NCBI GenBank assembly: GCA_040756435.1
Contig: JBFLZD010000007.1
Span: forward strand, 18,099-82,098
Source of the DNA: Spirochaetota bacterium
GTDB taxonomy: Bacteria; Spirochaetota; UBA4802; UB4802
Direction of reading: 5' to 3'
Length of the DNA stretch: 64,000 bases
Position numbers and translations under genes: made by a program. Shown piece by piece: positions 51,546 through 62,248 of the stretch (position 1 is the stretch's first letter; each line of letters begins with the position of its first letter). The notes beneath the pieces were generated by a model, which was not told where the DNA came from, searched no databases, and was given only the letters and a program-made list of their open reading frames with translations.

Positions 51546-53171
51546 ATGTGTTTGATATTCATATCTATTGAAATTGCAAATGGAATCATGCATAGTAAAA
51601 GATACATAATCTACATGATTATAATTTTATCTTTTATTTCTTCTGTCAACTCACAATCCCCAACGTCATCATTGTATAATAACTTTTATTTTTTGCCTGA
51701 GGTTGGACTTTCACTGGATTATAGCATAATAGAAAGCGATATTGGCTTTACTGCAAAACAGGTTAAAGAAGTTGATCTTCAGGTCTTTTGGTATAATTCG
51801 TGGAAAGTTTCAATGTATGTAAAGGAAAATGTTTACACCTCAAAACGACACGATGCTAATTATTATCCCTATCGCATTTCTTATTATATGGATTTTGCCT
51901 ACATTTCCTATCAATTACAAAATTCACAGATAGGAATTACTTTTAATCATATTTGCAATAATACAATTGATAAACCCCAAAGGGATATTGGCACTGAGCT
52001 ACGATGGTATGGAATTGGAATTAAATGGTATAGTAATGGGATTCAAGTTGGATATGTTCATACATATAGCTATAATTCCTCTTGGCTTTCTTTTAATAAT
52101 TTTCATTATGGTGTATATATTGGATATCCATTTTTAAGCAAAGTACCTGAATACAAATACATGAGCAGCGGTATCATTAGATATGACATTCCATGCCTCC
52201 CATATGGTATTCCCTTTATAAAAATTCAGATAGATGGATTAGTCTATACTGATAATACCATATCGTTAAACAGGTTCATTGAATTGGGATGCATGATGCC
52301 ATCATCCTCTGTAACATTTATTCCTTACTGGTGTTATGGCATGGTGCACGATAGTTTATACCCGGGAATAACCGATAGATATTTTGCGTTTGGAATTAAA
52401 GCACAGTCATTAATTGGAAATTATTATGACAAGGATTTTAGGGATAATCACCATGAAACAAAAACAAAAAACACATCACTCCATTTTTTGGCAGGATATG
52501 CTAAAACAATTAGCAGTGAATATTACAATTTCACAACAGATCTTGCAATAACATTGCAACAATTGATTTGCAATAACAATTATGCATATTTCACTTCTTA
52601 TCTTAATCACAGCTCAGAAGACCAACCAACTGCACTGTATCCAAGATTCATTAATATCTCTATTAAATCAGGATATGCACAGTATATTTTCCCCTGTCAC
52701 CATTTAATTATATCGTATGAACACTACCGCCGTCATGATGGCAATGAATACAGAGGACAATCCGAAAATTACCATGCAATCGTGTTATCGATGAAACATC
52801 ATTTATTATGGAGCATGCTTTTAGACAGCCCAAAACCTTCTCAATTTGAATACATCAACAATAATATAGATTATGAAATAGGCTTTGCATATATTTTTTC
52901 CAACCAACATTACCCTTATTTATTTATTATAAACCCTATTGTTTATTATTACTTTACGTGTTGTAACGCAGGCAGACCTTTTGTTGGCATAGAATTACTT
53001 TACTATATGGGAAAAGAGAACAACTATGAATACAGCCTTGAATCAGGCATGGTCTTAAATACAACTATCCCTTTAACTATATATTATTCATTTAAACGTG
53101 ATATTGATATTGACTTTACAGGTGGTGCACATGATTTATATCATGTCATTGGAATAAGATTAAAATTGTAA
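51546..53171 (+). CDS. Tyr-rich putative outer-membrane beta-barrel protein (likely starts at internal Met MHSKRY...)
   Basis: Signal peptide (IIILSFISSVNSQ). Very high Tyr/Asn content with an alternating amphipathic pattern. No known domain. Confidence 0.4.
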   Translation: MCLIFISIEIANGIMHSKRYIIYMIIILSFISSVNSQSPTSSLYNNFYFLPEVGLSLDYSIIESDIGFTAKQVKEVDLQVFWYNSWKVSMYVKENVYTSKRHDANYYPYRISYYMDFAYISYQLQNSQIGITFNHICNNTIDKPQRDIGTELRWYGIGIKWYSNGIQVGYVHTYSYNSSWLSFNNFHYGVYIGYPFLSKVPEYKYMSSGIIRYDIPCLPYGIPFIKIQIDGLVYTDNTISLNRFIELGCMMPSSSVTFIPYWCYGMVHDSLYPGITDRYFAFGIKAQSLIGNYYDKDFRDNHHETKTKNTSLHFLAGYAKTISSEYYNFTTDLAITLQQLICNNNYAYFTSYLNHSSEDQPTALYPRFINISIKSGYAQYIFPCHHLIISYEHYRRHDGNEYRGQSENYHAIVLSMKHHLLWSMLLDSPKPSQFEYINNNIDYEIGFAYIFSNQHYPYLFIINPIVYYYFTCCNAGRPFVGIELLYYMGKENNYEYSLESGMVLNTTIPLTIYYSFKRDIDIDFTGGAHDLYHVIGIRLKL

Positions 53172-53300
53172 TTTTTGTAATTTATTTATTGATTAATGCT
53201 TGATTTTTTTATTTAATAATTATTGGCTATAACAAGCTCCACTATCAATAATAGTGGTGTTACGGTTATATAATAAAAATTTACTGTAAGGAGAAATGCC

Positions 53301-53771
53301 ATGAAAGGGGATCCAAAATTAATTGAGACATTGAATTCACTGCTAGCTGATGAATTAACAGCAATCAATCAATACATGGTGCATTCAGAAATGTGCGATA
53401 ACTGGGGCTATGAAAAGCTTCATAAACACTTTGAAAAAAGGGCTATTGATGAAATGAAGCATGCTGAAAAACTCATTGGAAGAATATTATTCTTAGAAGG
53501 TTTACCGATAGTAACTAATTTAAGAAAAATCTTTATTGGTGCAGATGTACCTAAACAGCTTGAGCATGACCGCAAAGCTGAAGAAGAAGCAATCAAAGCT
53601 TATAATGATGCAATTGTATTAGCTGGTGAAGTCAAAGATTTTGCAACCCGTGAAGTGCTTGAAAGCATATTAAAAGATGAAGACAGGCATATAGATGAAA
53701 TAGAAGAACTGCAGGATCAGATTAATCAGATGAGTATTCAGATATTTTTAACAACTCAGGTTAAGGAATAA
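53301..53771 (+). CDS. bfr: Bacterioferritin
   Basis: MKGDPKLIETLNSLL...ELTAINQY..DEMKHAEKLI gives the ferroxidase-centre E/H ligands in Bfr spacing. Length 156 aa. Confidence 0.9.
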   Translation: MKGDPKLIETLNSLLADELTAINQYMVHSEMCDNWGYEKLHKHFEKRAIDEMKHAEKLIGRILFLEGLPIVTNLRKIFIGADVPKQLEHDRKAEEEAIKAYNDAIVLAGEVKDFATREVLESILKDEDRHIDEIEELQDQINQMSIQIFLTTQVKE

Positions 53772-53778
53772 GATTGTT

Positions 53779-54015
53779 AAAAAAGGGGACCAAAATACAC
53801 ATCATTGCAATTACACTGCACCCGCGTCATTGCGAGGAACAAAGTGACGAAGCAATCCCATAGTTGCAAGTGCCGCAGGCGCGTGGCAATCTCATCTTCT
53901 GCGTCATTGAGATTGCCCACTTAGACAAGCTTGAGGACAAGCGCTACGCTCGCAATGACATTGCACTCACGTCATTGCGAGCCCCCACGGTTTGTTTTGA
54001 GACGGTCCCTTTTTT
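53779..54015. repeat. Repeat element C: GTCATTGCGAG-type composite palindromic element between convergent bfr and flavin-reductase genes
   Basis: Contains cgtcattgcgaggaacaaagtgacgaagcaatc (reverse complement of the core of element B), plus hairpins ggcaatctca...tgagattgcc and ctcgcaatgac...gtcattgcgag. Imperfect terminal IR aaaaggggaccaaaa / ttttgagacggtccctttt. Confidence 0.75.
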
Positions 54016-54588
54016 TTAATTTTTCTTCTTACGTTTTTTTACCGAAAATCCAAACTTTCCAATCTGTTTATCCACAACACAATAATATCCATGATTATAA
54101 CACAAAAGCCCTGCCCTTTCTAAATGCAATGCCCCTCTTTTATCAAGCAGAGTATTGTCAACATGTACCACAACGACTTTTCCAATGAATTGATAATGAC
54201 TTCCCAGTTGAATAATTTTTGTCACCTTGCATTCAATTGATACAGGACATTGTTCTATTAAAGGTGCTTTTACCTTTTTGGCGGGCAGCTTATTAAGATG
54301 AGCTATCGCAAACTTATCAATATCCTTTCCCGAACGCACACCGCAAAAGTCAACTGCTTTTACCAGTTTCTTATCAGGAATATTTACTACAAATTCTTTT
54401 GATTGCTGTATCAGTTGAAAAGAATATCGTTCCGGGCGAAGGGATATACTTATCATTGGTGGCTCAGTACATACCGTTCCTGCCCATGATACAGTACAAA
54501 CATTATCAATGTCGTTATAATGTGATGTTACCAATACTGCTGGTACTGGATATAGCATTGTTCCAGGTTTCCAGGCTACTTTTGCCAT
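54016..54588 (-). CDS. Flavin reductase-like (FMN-binding split-barrel) protein
   Basis: NVCTVSWAGTV...PPMISISLRP typical of the flavin reductase-like domain. Length 190 aa. Confidence 0.75.
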   Translation of the reverse strand: MAKVAWKPGTMLYPVPAVLVTSHYNDIDNVCTVSWAGTVCTEPPMISISLRPERYSFQLIQQSKEFVVNIPDKKLVKAVDFCGVRSGKDIDKFAIAHLNKLPAKKVKAPLIEQCPVSIECKVTKIIQLGSHYQFIGKVVVVHVDNTLLDKRGALHLERAGLLCYNHGYYCVVDKQIGKFGFSVKKRKKKN

Positions 54589-54600
54589 TATACTATCCCC

Positions 54601-55983
54601 TTATAGCAATGTTCCTTTTAATATTAAATATGCAATGTTGAAATAAATTATTAATCCTGATACATCAACCAGTGTTGCTACAAATGGTGCTGATGAGGTT
54701 GCAGGGTCAAGGCCTAAGCGTCGTAAAATAAAGGGTAACATTGAACCCATAAGTGTTCCCCACATGACAACACCAATTAATGAAAATGACACCGACAATG
54801 CCACCTTCAACCAGTGTTCTCCATACATTCCAAAAAGTTTCTGCCAGATACTAATACGCAAAAAACCAATGAATGCAAGAATTGAACCAAGCATAAATCC
54901 TGATTGAATTTCCCGTATTAAAACACGCCACCAATCACGGAGTTTAATCTCGCCAATTGCCATGGCACGAATTACCAGTGTGGATGCCTGCGATCCTGAA
55001 TTGCCACCACTGGAAATAATGAGTGGAACAAATAATGCCAGCACCACTGCCCGTGCAATCTCTTCTTCAAAATATCCCATAGCTGTTGCGGTCAGCATCT
55101 CACCAAGGAAAAGAAATACCAGCCAGGATGCACGTTTCCTTGTTAACCGTAACAATGGCTCTTCAATGTAAGGCTCTTCTAAAACTTCAACTGCGGCCAT
55201 TTTATGAATATCTTCGGTTACCTCTTCTTCTTCAACATCCAGTACGTCGTCTATCGTTACAATCCCTAAAAGAACTCCATCATTATCCACAACAGGCAAA
55301 GCATAATAATCATATTTTTTAAACACACCTACCGCAGTTTCCTGATCATCAAAAGCATTGAGACTCACAAATTTATGGTCCATTAATGTTTTTATTCGTC
55401 TTGTTGGTTGTGCTAAAAGTACCTGTCTCATTTTTATATCATCAATAAGTTTGCCTTCATCATCTATTACATAAATCACGTTCAGTGTTTCACTATCTTT
55501 ACCATATTTACGGATATAATGTAAAACCTGGGCGATAGTCATATTTTCCTTGACGGCAATATAATCCGTTGTCATTAAACGGCCAACACTGTTTTCGGGA
55601 TACCCAAGGAGACTCATTGCGGTTACACGTTCTTCCCTGGACATCAATGCTAACATTTGTCGCAGTATATCAGCTGGAAGTTCTTCAAACAGTGCAGTTC
55701 TATCATCAGGCGACATGTCATTCAATATATCTGCTATCTGCTTTTTGGCCAGATTTCCCAGAAGGTGCGATTGAACCTCAAAATCTAAATATTCAAAAGT
55801 TTCAGCCTGCAGTTGTTTTGGTAAAAGTCTAAAAATAATTACCTGCTCATCTTCAGGCAATTCACTGATAAGCTCGGCTAAATCGGCAGGAGCCCATTCA
55901 CTGAACACTTCTTTTAATACACTGAACTCTCTTTTTTCAATCAGTTCTTTTATTTCAGGCTGGATAAGAGGTGCAATCATCAT
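54601..55983 (-). CDS. mgtE: Magnesium transporter MgtE
   Basis: MgtE N-domain, tandem CBS pair and C-terminal 5-TM MgtE channel domain (GGNSGSQASTLVIRAMA). Confidence 0.9.
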   Translation of the reverse strand: MMIAPLIQPEIKELIEKREFSVLKEVFSEWAPADLAELISELPEDEQVIIFRLLPKQLQAETFEYLDFEVQSHLLGNLAKKQIADILNDMSPDDRTALFEELPADILRQMLALMSREERVTAMSLLGYPENSVGRLMTTDYIAVKENMTIAQVLHYIRKYGKDSETLNVIYVIDDEGKLIDDIKMRQVLLAQPTRRIKTLMDHKFVSLNAFDDQETAVGVFKKYDYYALPVVDNDGVLLGIVTIDDVLDVEEEEVTEDIHKMAAVEVLEEPYIEEPLLRLTRKRASWLVFLFLGEMLTATAMGYFEEEIARAVVLALFVPLIISSGGNSGSQASTLVIRAMAIGEIKLRDWWRVLIREIQSGFMLGSILAFIGFLRISIWQKLFGMYGEHWLKVALSVSFSLIGVVMWGTLMGSMLPFILRRLGLDPATSSAPFVATLVDVSGLIIYFNIAYLILKGTLL

Positions 55984-56410
55984 AACATGCCTCTAAAAAT
56001 ATTTTAAAAGATTTTATCTACGATAGTTTAGTGCAACTTTAAACTTTACAATCTTAAAAACAGGTAGGAAAGAATTTTACAAAACATTTTCCATTTGAGA
56101 GTAATTGTACCAGATTATTACATTTTATTCAATAAATAAATCAATAATTATTCCATAAAATATTTAAATAATAAGCCCCACCAATTTTGGCAGGTAAATG
56201 TCGTATTTTAAATATTATTATAAGCAAAAGAGGTTTCGTCAGCACTTCTTACGGCAGCGCAGGCAATTATTCTTAAAGTATCTTTTATTAATTATCATTG
56301 GCAATCATCATTATTCTTTCTATCATTCCTAACTTCCTAACATAGATAAGTGCTATCTGTATGGAATTTATGTATACATTTTTATTTCATAATATTTGCG
56401 TATTTATTAT

Positions 56411-56441
56411 AGCAGGAAAAGCATTACAATTGCCTTTCCTG
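56411..56441 (-). terminator. Hairpin gcaggaaaagc...gcctttcctgc just downstream of the SPFH gene stop (probable terminator of nfeD-SPFH operon)
   Basis: 10-bp inverted repeat with a short loop, 30 bp after the stop codon of the minus-strand gene. Confidence 0.4.
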
Positions 56442-56474
56442 CAAGAAGTTAAAAATATTCTTTTGATTCAATGT

Positions 56475-57353
56475 TTACTTCAATTTAAACAGATTCTTTA
56501 AATTTTCTACAAGATCTGATGGCAAAACAACTACATGGCTGCTTTGTGATTCACCCAATTTTATTAGCCCCTTAACATATTCCATGCCCAAAAGATATAA
56601 TAACGGATCGCCGCCTGTACTTTTTAGTGATTTTGCCACATATTCAATTGCATTTGCTTCAGCCTGAGCTAAACGTTCTCGTGCTTCTGCATCACGTTGT
56701 GCTGATTCTTTTCGTGCTTCTGCTTCAAGTATCTGTGCTCTCTTAAAACCTTCAGCTTTTCTTTCCTGTGCTTCCTTTTGTGCTTCTGCTTCCAGAACTG
56801 TTGCACGGCGCTCTCGCTCTGCTTTCATCTGCAAAGCCATTGCCTGCTGGAGATCCTGAGGTGGTACAATATCCTTGATTTCAACACGCGTAATTTTGGT
56901 ACCCCATGAATCAGTAGCCTGATCAAGAATTGTTAGCAATTCAGCATTTATTTTGTCACGGGATGATAGCGACTGATCCAGTGTCATTTTCCCCATTATT
57001 GAACGGAGTGTCGTCAATGCTAAATTGGAAATAGCCATTTGCAAATTTTCAATACCGTAGAAAGCTTTATAGGGATCAAGTATCTTATAAAAGACAACCC
57101 CATCAACTTTTACTGTTGCATTGTCTTCTGTAATAATTCCCTGTGGCGGAAGATCAAGTACCTGCTCACGAATATCAATTTTGGCAGCTACCCGTGAAAA
57201 GAGTGGATTGATAAGATTTAATCCTGGCGACAGTGTCGCAGCATATTTTCCAAACCGCTCAACCAGCCAGTTTTCCGCCTGTGGGACTATCCTAACACCC
57301 TTGTAAATCAGAATTACCAAAAGAATTGCAATAGCTATTACCAAACCTTGCAT
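56475..57353 (-). CDS. SPFH/band-7 (stomatin/paraslipin-like) protein
   Basis: N-terminal TM, SPFH domain, and C-terminal A/E/R-rich coiled coil (EAEAQKEAQERKAEGFKRAQILEAEARKESAQRDAEA). Confidence 0.85.
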   Translation of the reverse strand: MQGLVIAIAILLVILIYKGVRIVPQAENWLVERFGKYAATLSPGLNLINPLFSRVAAKIDIREQVLDLPPQGIITEDNATVKVDGVVFYKILDPYKAFYGIENLQMAISNLALTTLRSIMGKMTLDQSLSSRDKINAELLTILDQATDSWGTKITRVEIKDIVPPQDLQQAMALQMKAERERRATVLEAEAQKEAQERKAEGFKRAQILEAEARKESAQRDAEARERLAQAEANAIEYVAKSLKSTGGDPLLYLLGMEYVKGLIKLGESQSSHVVVLPSDLVENLKNLFKLK

Positions 57354-57365
57354 AAAAACCTCCTG

Positions 57366-57812
57366 TTATAATTTTTTTACGATCAGTTTAATACCATCAG
57401 CGCCTTCAACTACTATCTGCTCATCTTTATGAATTAATTCATTTGATTGTGCTTTCCACACCGTAACACCATGATATGGTTCAAATAACTCGACCTGGCC
57501 AATTTGTGGAGGGATGATATCCTGAATACACTTCCCTTTTTTACCTGCCAGAGTGACATCAAGCGCATCATCAGCTGTTTTGACTTTTACCCTATCTTTT
57601 AAATAACCAAACCAGAAAACTAAAAAAGCACCCGATGAAATAAAGAAGCAAAACCACTGCGATATTTCAGACTGCAAAAGCCCAATATACACAAGTGCAG
57701 CTGTAATCACCGCCCCTATACCAAACCAGAATATTATAAACCCTGGCATGATGATTTCAACTGCCATTAACACAATGCCCACAGCTAACCAAGCAACAGG
57801 TGATAATGCCAT
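57366..57812 (-). CDS. NfeD-family membrane protein (stomatin-operon partner)
   Basis: Three N-terminal TM helices plus C-terminal OB-fold-like domain. Immediately upstream of the SPFH gene (conserved NfeD-stomatin pair). Confidence 0.7.
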   Translation of the reverse strand: MALSPVAWLAVGIVLMAVEIIMPGFIIFWFGIGAVITAALVYIGLLQSEISQWFCFFISSGAFLVFWFGYLKDRVKVKTADDALDVTLAGKKGKCIQDIIPPQIGQVELFEPYHGVTVWKAQSNELIHKDEQIVVEGADGIKLIVKKL

Positions 57813-57947
57813 AGTATAACCCTTTATATGTTTTGTTTATTTATTATATTCTGCAGCTAAATTATTACTAATGTCAATAAAAAAAATTATTATTGAACAT
57901 ATTCACTATCATGATATACTGCTATCTATACTAATTAAGGAGGTTTT

Positions 57948-58370
57948 ATGAAAAAATATTATCTTTCATTTCTATCATTATGTGTGATAGTTTTTCTTAT
58001 TAGCTGTGGCTCATCAACTGGCAAATACAGTGATGTTCGTGCCCTTATGCAGGATTCAATCACTGCACAGGAAAACCTTATCAAGGATATTGATGCAGCT
58101 TCAAACGCAGGTGATATTGCAAAAGCTATTAACTCGTATGCCGATGCAATAGAAGGTCTGCAACCAAAGATCAAACAATTGCAGGCAAAATACCCCGAAT
58201 TAAACAACGCAAATGCACAAATGCCTAAAGAATTGTTTGATCTTGAACAAAAACAGGCAGAAATAAGTCAAAAACTCACAACAAGCATGATGGAAAAGAT
58301 GCCTAAGTATGCAACCGATAAAGAAGTTATGAAAGCATCAATGCGATTGGCAAAGATAAGCCAGATGTAA
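57948..58370 (+). CDS. Putative lipoprotein (lipobox LISC|GSS), helical, unknown function
   Basis: Signal peptide + Cys. RBS AAGGAGG. Confidence 0.4.
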   Translation: MKKYYLSFLSLCVIVFLISCGSSTGKYSDVRALMQDSITAQENLIKDIDAASNAGDIAKAINSYADAIEGLQPKIKQLQAKYPELNNANAQMPKELFDLEQKQAEISQKLTTSMMEKMPKYATDKEVMKASMRLAKISQM

Positions 58371-58448
58371 CAAAACAATAAGGCAGGGATTAGCTCTCTG
58401 CCTTATGTTACTATATGGAGAAATAAACACATTAACAGTTACTATCGC

Positions 58449-58943
58449 TTATACTAAAATCTTTAAATGAAATTCTTCAGGAATATCCACACGTATACAA
58501 TCATTGGCATAAGTCCGCTCAGGAAGTATTATTAGCGCATTAACAGTGACATTGACAGCAAATGGTGCGTGATGCCATACACCAGCTTTTAATACTACCA
58601 TTGTATATTGTGGCACTAAAAATACTGTAATGTCATCAAAGGGATACACGTTATTCTGAGTTGCATGTGCCACATGAATAAGCACATCGCCATCCATTGG
58701 TAAAATGCCTTCGTAGCAGTAGCTGTGGCACTCAATTTTTTGAATAACAAAATCACGCTTTTCAACCTGGCATATTGAAAATGAAACATTTGCCATGGAA
58801 ATAACAGGAAGCTGAATAATGTCACGATAAAATTTAACCGGTGAAGTACCAAAATGTATAGTGCTGGGATTCTGCATCTTTGTAAAATATCCATAGGGGG
58901 AAAATTTTTCCAAAGTTAAATCTAATGGTTTAATTGTTTTCAT
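58449..58943 (-). CDS. Cupin-fold protein, ureidoglycolate lyase (AllA)-like
   Basis: N-terminal IKPLDLTLEKFSPYGYF resembles the AllA N-terminus (l.pLt.eaF.pYG.vi). Length ~160 aa. Confidence 0.45.
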   Translation of the reverse strand: MKTIKPLDLTLEKFSPYGYFTKMQNPSTIHFGTSPVKFYRDIIQLPVISMANVSFSICQVEKRDFVIQKIECHSYCYEGILPMDGDVLIHVAHATQNNVYPFDDITVFLVPQYTMVVLKAGVWHHAPFAVNVTVNALIILPERTYANDCIRVDIPEEFHLKILV

Positions 58944-59027
58944 AACGATGTCTCCCAGGCAATGGAATTATACGTATTTTTTAATACACGCAATTTCTTT
59001 TCATAAGATTTTCATTAGAATACGGTA

Positions 59028-61013
59028 TTACATCTCACAGCTTGTAGCATTATCACTCAAACGCAACTCCTTAACTGCTTTTGATATATCTTCACGCTTT
59101 CCAACAACATACAGTATATCATCACTTTCTATTTTATCATCAGCACCTGGATTGGTAATTATATCATTGTGGCGTTTAATGGCAACAACAGAAAATTTAT
59201 AGAGCTTCCTGAATTGCATATGCCCTATAGTTTTACCAGCAACCGGCGAATGAGAACATACCCGTATTGCCTGCATATCAATTTCTGCAATGGGCAAATC
59301 TTTATATACGTCAACATGCAATTTCCTGAGCATTGCATATCCTTTAGCTCTAATTGACTCTATCATTGCTTCAATATCACCACGTGGCACACCATAGTAG
59401 TGCAATACCCGTGCAAAAATTTCAATGGATGTTTCATACTCTTCAGGAATTACTTCGTTAGCACCTAATTCTATTAATTCCTTCATATCACCTACAAAAC
59501 GTGCACGCACAATAATATGTATATGCGGATTGATCTGCCGTGCTAATACTATAATTCTTTTTATTGCACTTCTATCGGCTATTGCTATCACCAGAACCCT
59601 GGCTGTTGGAATATTACAATAATGCAATAGGTCTTCCTGGGAAGCATCACCATAGATAATATTTTCACCTTCTTTTTTTTCTTTTTTTACTGTTTCAGGA
59701 TTCATCTCAACAATAATGTATGGAATCTTTATACTTTTAGCAGCTGCTGCAACATTTCTGCCATTGATGCCATACCCTACAATAATAATATGGTTATGTA
59801 AGGCTTGAACTTTTTCTTCAGAATTATATGCAAATCCTTTTTGTAACTTTTCAGGGAATGGCAATTGCAAGAGCATGTCAACCAGTGCCGGAGAATATTT
59901 AATTAGATACGGTGTGATACCCATCGCAAAAATAGTTATTGAAAGAAACAACTGGTATTCTTCCTGTGACAACAATGCATACGATATCCCAATTTGAGCT
60001 AAAATGAAGGAAAACTCACCAATCTGTGGTAAAGCTAAACCAGTTAAAAAAGCTATCCGTAATGGATATCCAAGTGCAAGTACAACTGATACTATAATAA
60101 TAATTTTTATAATAAGTATTAAAACTGAAAAATTAGCGATAGTTACTATATTAGAAACCACAATGATAGGATTAAGTAACATCCCTATTGAAATAAAGAA
60201 AAAACTGGTAAATAAATCCCTGAACGGCATCATTGAACTAAACGTCTGACCACTGTATTCGGAAGCAGCAATGATAATGCCTGCTAAAAATGCCCCCAAC
60301 TCAACTGACATCCCCATTGAATACGTTGCTAAAGTGACAGCTAAGCATATCGTTACAATGGTAATAATAAACAATTCACGACTTCTTGTTTTAGCTATCT
60401 CAAATAACAACCTGGGAACCACATACCGCGCAAGAACAATAACAACAATAACAATTAAAGCACCTTTAACAATAAGTTTAAACATCTCAACAGGAATTGA
60501 ATTCTTAGAAACGCCAGCCAATAAGGGAATAAATAACATTAACGGTACTATAGCAATATCCTGAACAATAAGAATTGCCAGTGATATCCTGCCATGCGGG
60601 CTTTCAGATAATGCTAATTCCTGAATTACCTTTAACACTACTGCTGTACTGCTCAATGAAACAATAAATCCAAAGAAAATAGCCTGTGAAAAAGAAGTCC
60701 ACACGAGCATTATACCAGTAACAATAATAATTGTTAGGCTAACCTGCATTACACCCACAACTATTGCTCGTTTCAGTGATACAATTTCATCAAATGATAA
60801 TTCCAATCCTATGGTGAAAAGCAGGGTTATAATACCTATCTCAGCTAACAGATGAACATCTTCAGTAGATTTAATAACTTGAAGTCCATACGGTCCCACA
60901 ACAATACCAGTAATAAGCAATCCTATGATGGTAGGAATTTTCAAGCGATTGCATACATATATTACTGCAATTGATATTGAAAATATTATTAATATGTTTA
61001 AAAGAATGTTCAT
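59028..61013 (-). CDS. Monovalent cation:proton antiporter-2 (CPA2; KefB/KefC-like) with C-terminal RCK (TrkA-N/TrkA-C) domains
   Basis: About 12 TM Na+/H+-exchanger domain. Rossmann GxGxxG (IIIVGYGINGRNVA) and C-terminal TrkA-C-like region. Confidence 0.85.
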   Translation of the reverse strand: MNILLNILIIFSISIAVIYVCNRLKIPTIIGLLITGIVVGPYGLQVIKSTEDVHLLAEIGIITLLFTIGLELSFDEIVSLKRAIVVGVMQVSLTIIIVTGIMLVWTSFSQAIFFGFIVSLSSTAVVLKVIQELALSESPHGRISLAILIVQDIAIVPLMLFIPLLAGVSKNSIPVEMFKLIVKGALIVIVVIVLARYVVPRLLFEIAKTRSRELFIITIVTICLAVTLATYSMGMSVELGAFLAGIIIAASEYSGQTFSSMMPFRDLFTSFFFISIGMLLNPIIVVSNIVTIANFSVLILIIKIIIIVSVVLALGYPLRIAFLTGLALPQIGEFSFILAQIGISYALLSQEEYQLFLSITIFAMGITPYLIKYSPALVDMLLQLPFPEKLQKGFAYNSEEKVQALHNHIIIVGYGINGRNVAAAAKSIKIPYIIVEMNPETVKKEKKEGENIIYGDASQEDLLHYCNIPTARVLVIAIADRSAIKRIIVLARQINPHIHIIVRARFVGDMKELIELGANEVIPEEYETSIEIFARVLHYYGVPRGDIEAMIESIRAKGYAMLRKLHVDVYKDLPIAEIDMQAIRVCSHSPVAGKTIGHMQFRKLYKFSVVAIKRHNDIITNPGADDKIESDDILYVVGKREDISKAVKELRLSDNATSCEM

Positions 61014-61070
61014 AGGTAATACTATGATAAGATTATATAATTGGATATTACATTCATAGAGATAGTAACG

Positions 61071-61562
61071 TTAGTATTGGAGCACTAATTGCATCTCATC
61101 GGTTGTTGATACAAAACCAGCTTTTTCATAGATACGTTTATCTTTTCCAATAGCATGGAGCAATATTCTTCCTGCTTTTCTTTCTTTAGCATGTTCAATT
61201 ACTTTTTCCAGCAATTTTGATGCAACACCTTTTCCCCTATACTCAGGTTCGGTATAAACATTCATTATATATGCTTCAATACCATGAGGGTTTTCATATA
61301 ATGGTGGTCTTTCTAAAAACTGAATACCGGTAGTAGCAATAATTGTATCATCTTTTAATGCGCAAAAAACTTTAAACTCACCCGTCTGAAATTTACGTAT
61401 AAAGAAATCCCTTGTTAATGACCTCAATTTCCTGGTTCCATCTTCAGTTTCTAGCTTCCCCAATTCAAACAGCATCTTCATTCGTATGGTGACAATATCA
61501 TCAATATCACTCAATGTAGCTTCACGAATTTCGTACATAAAAAAACCTCCACCATTACACAA
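61071..61562 (-). CDS. GNAT-family N-acetyltransferase
   Basis: Acetyl-CoA-binding motif RGKGVASKLLEKVIEHAKE (R/Q-x-x-G-x-G/A). Confidence 0.8.
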   Translation of the reverse strand: MCNGGGFFMYEIREATLSDIDDIVTIRMKMLFELGKLETEDGTRKLRSLTRDFFIRKFQTGEFKVFCALKDDTIIATTGIQFLERPPLYENPHGIEAYIMNVYTEPEYRGKGVASKLLEKVIEHAKERKAGRILLHAIGKDKRIYEKAGFVSTTDEMQLVLQY

Positions 61563-61684
61563 ATCTCAATATACTAACCATTCAAATAAGATTAATTTTT
61601 TCGTCAAATCATAAAGTATATTACATTCATTGTTTTGCACTTTCTTTTGTCACAAACAAGCACCCAAAAGAAAGCCAAAAAAAA

Positions 61685-62095
61685 TCAATCATCTTTCGTC
61701 ATGGCATATACCAGAAGGAGTTCTATAACTGCTATGATATCCCGTACTATCACTATCAGTAAAGCAAACCAGGTGGCACCTGATAATATAGTTGCTATTG
61801 TCAAACCTGCTGCAAAGGCAATGTGTACATCCATTATCATTACATGGATTGTAACATTAATGATGTTGCCAATATATAGCTTCAGTATATGTATGCTTAA
61901 GGCAATACCCACTATAATCCCAACCAGTGAAATTAACATTGGCGGATAAAAAAATATTGCTATATTCATCATATACAAGAGTTCAATGTAGTACCATATA
62001 GCCACAAATGCAGCTCCGTGATGAGGTTTATGTACTACATGATTCCATGTAGATAAAACTATAGTAATAAACGATTTATACAATACATCATTCAC
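61685..62095 (-). CDS. Hypothetical 4-TM membrane protein
   Basis: Same strand as, and downstream of, the GNAT gene. Strongly hydrophobic. The overlapping plus-strand ORF 61635-61949 is judged less likely. Confidence 0.35.
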   Translation of the reverse strand: MNDVLYKSFITIVLSTWNHVVHKPHHGAAFVAIWYYIELLYMMNIAIFFYPPMLISLVGIIVGIALSIHILKLYIGNIINVTIHVMIMDVHIAFAAGLTIATILSGATWFALLIVIVRDIIAVIELLLVYAMTKDD

Positions 62096-62248
62096 TCATT
62101 TGCCTCATGTAAAAATGGATTGACTAAACGTAGCAAAACATTTCCTCTTATTGCATCAATGGCATACATCCTACCCTGCTATAAGTGGAAATGAATGATG
62201 TCATGTTTGCATTATCTTTATAGCACTTCAGTATTTCAAGGCTTTTTT

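Noticed and set aside
61635-61949. 104-aa plus-strand ORF overlapping the minus-strand membrane-protein ORF
   Set aside because: The minus-strand ORF is longer, strongly hydrophobic with helix periodicity, and co-directional with the upstream GNAT gene. The plus-strand ORF is probably the shadow.
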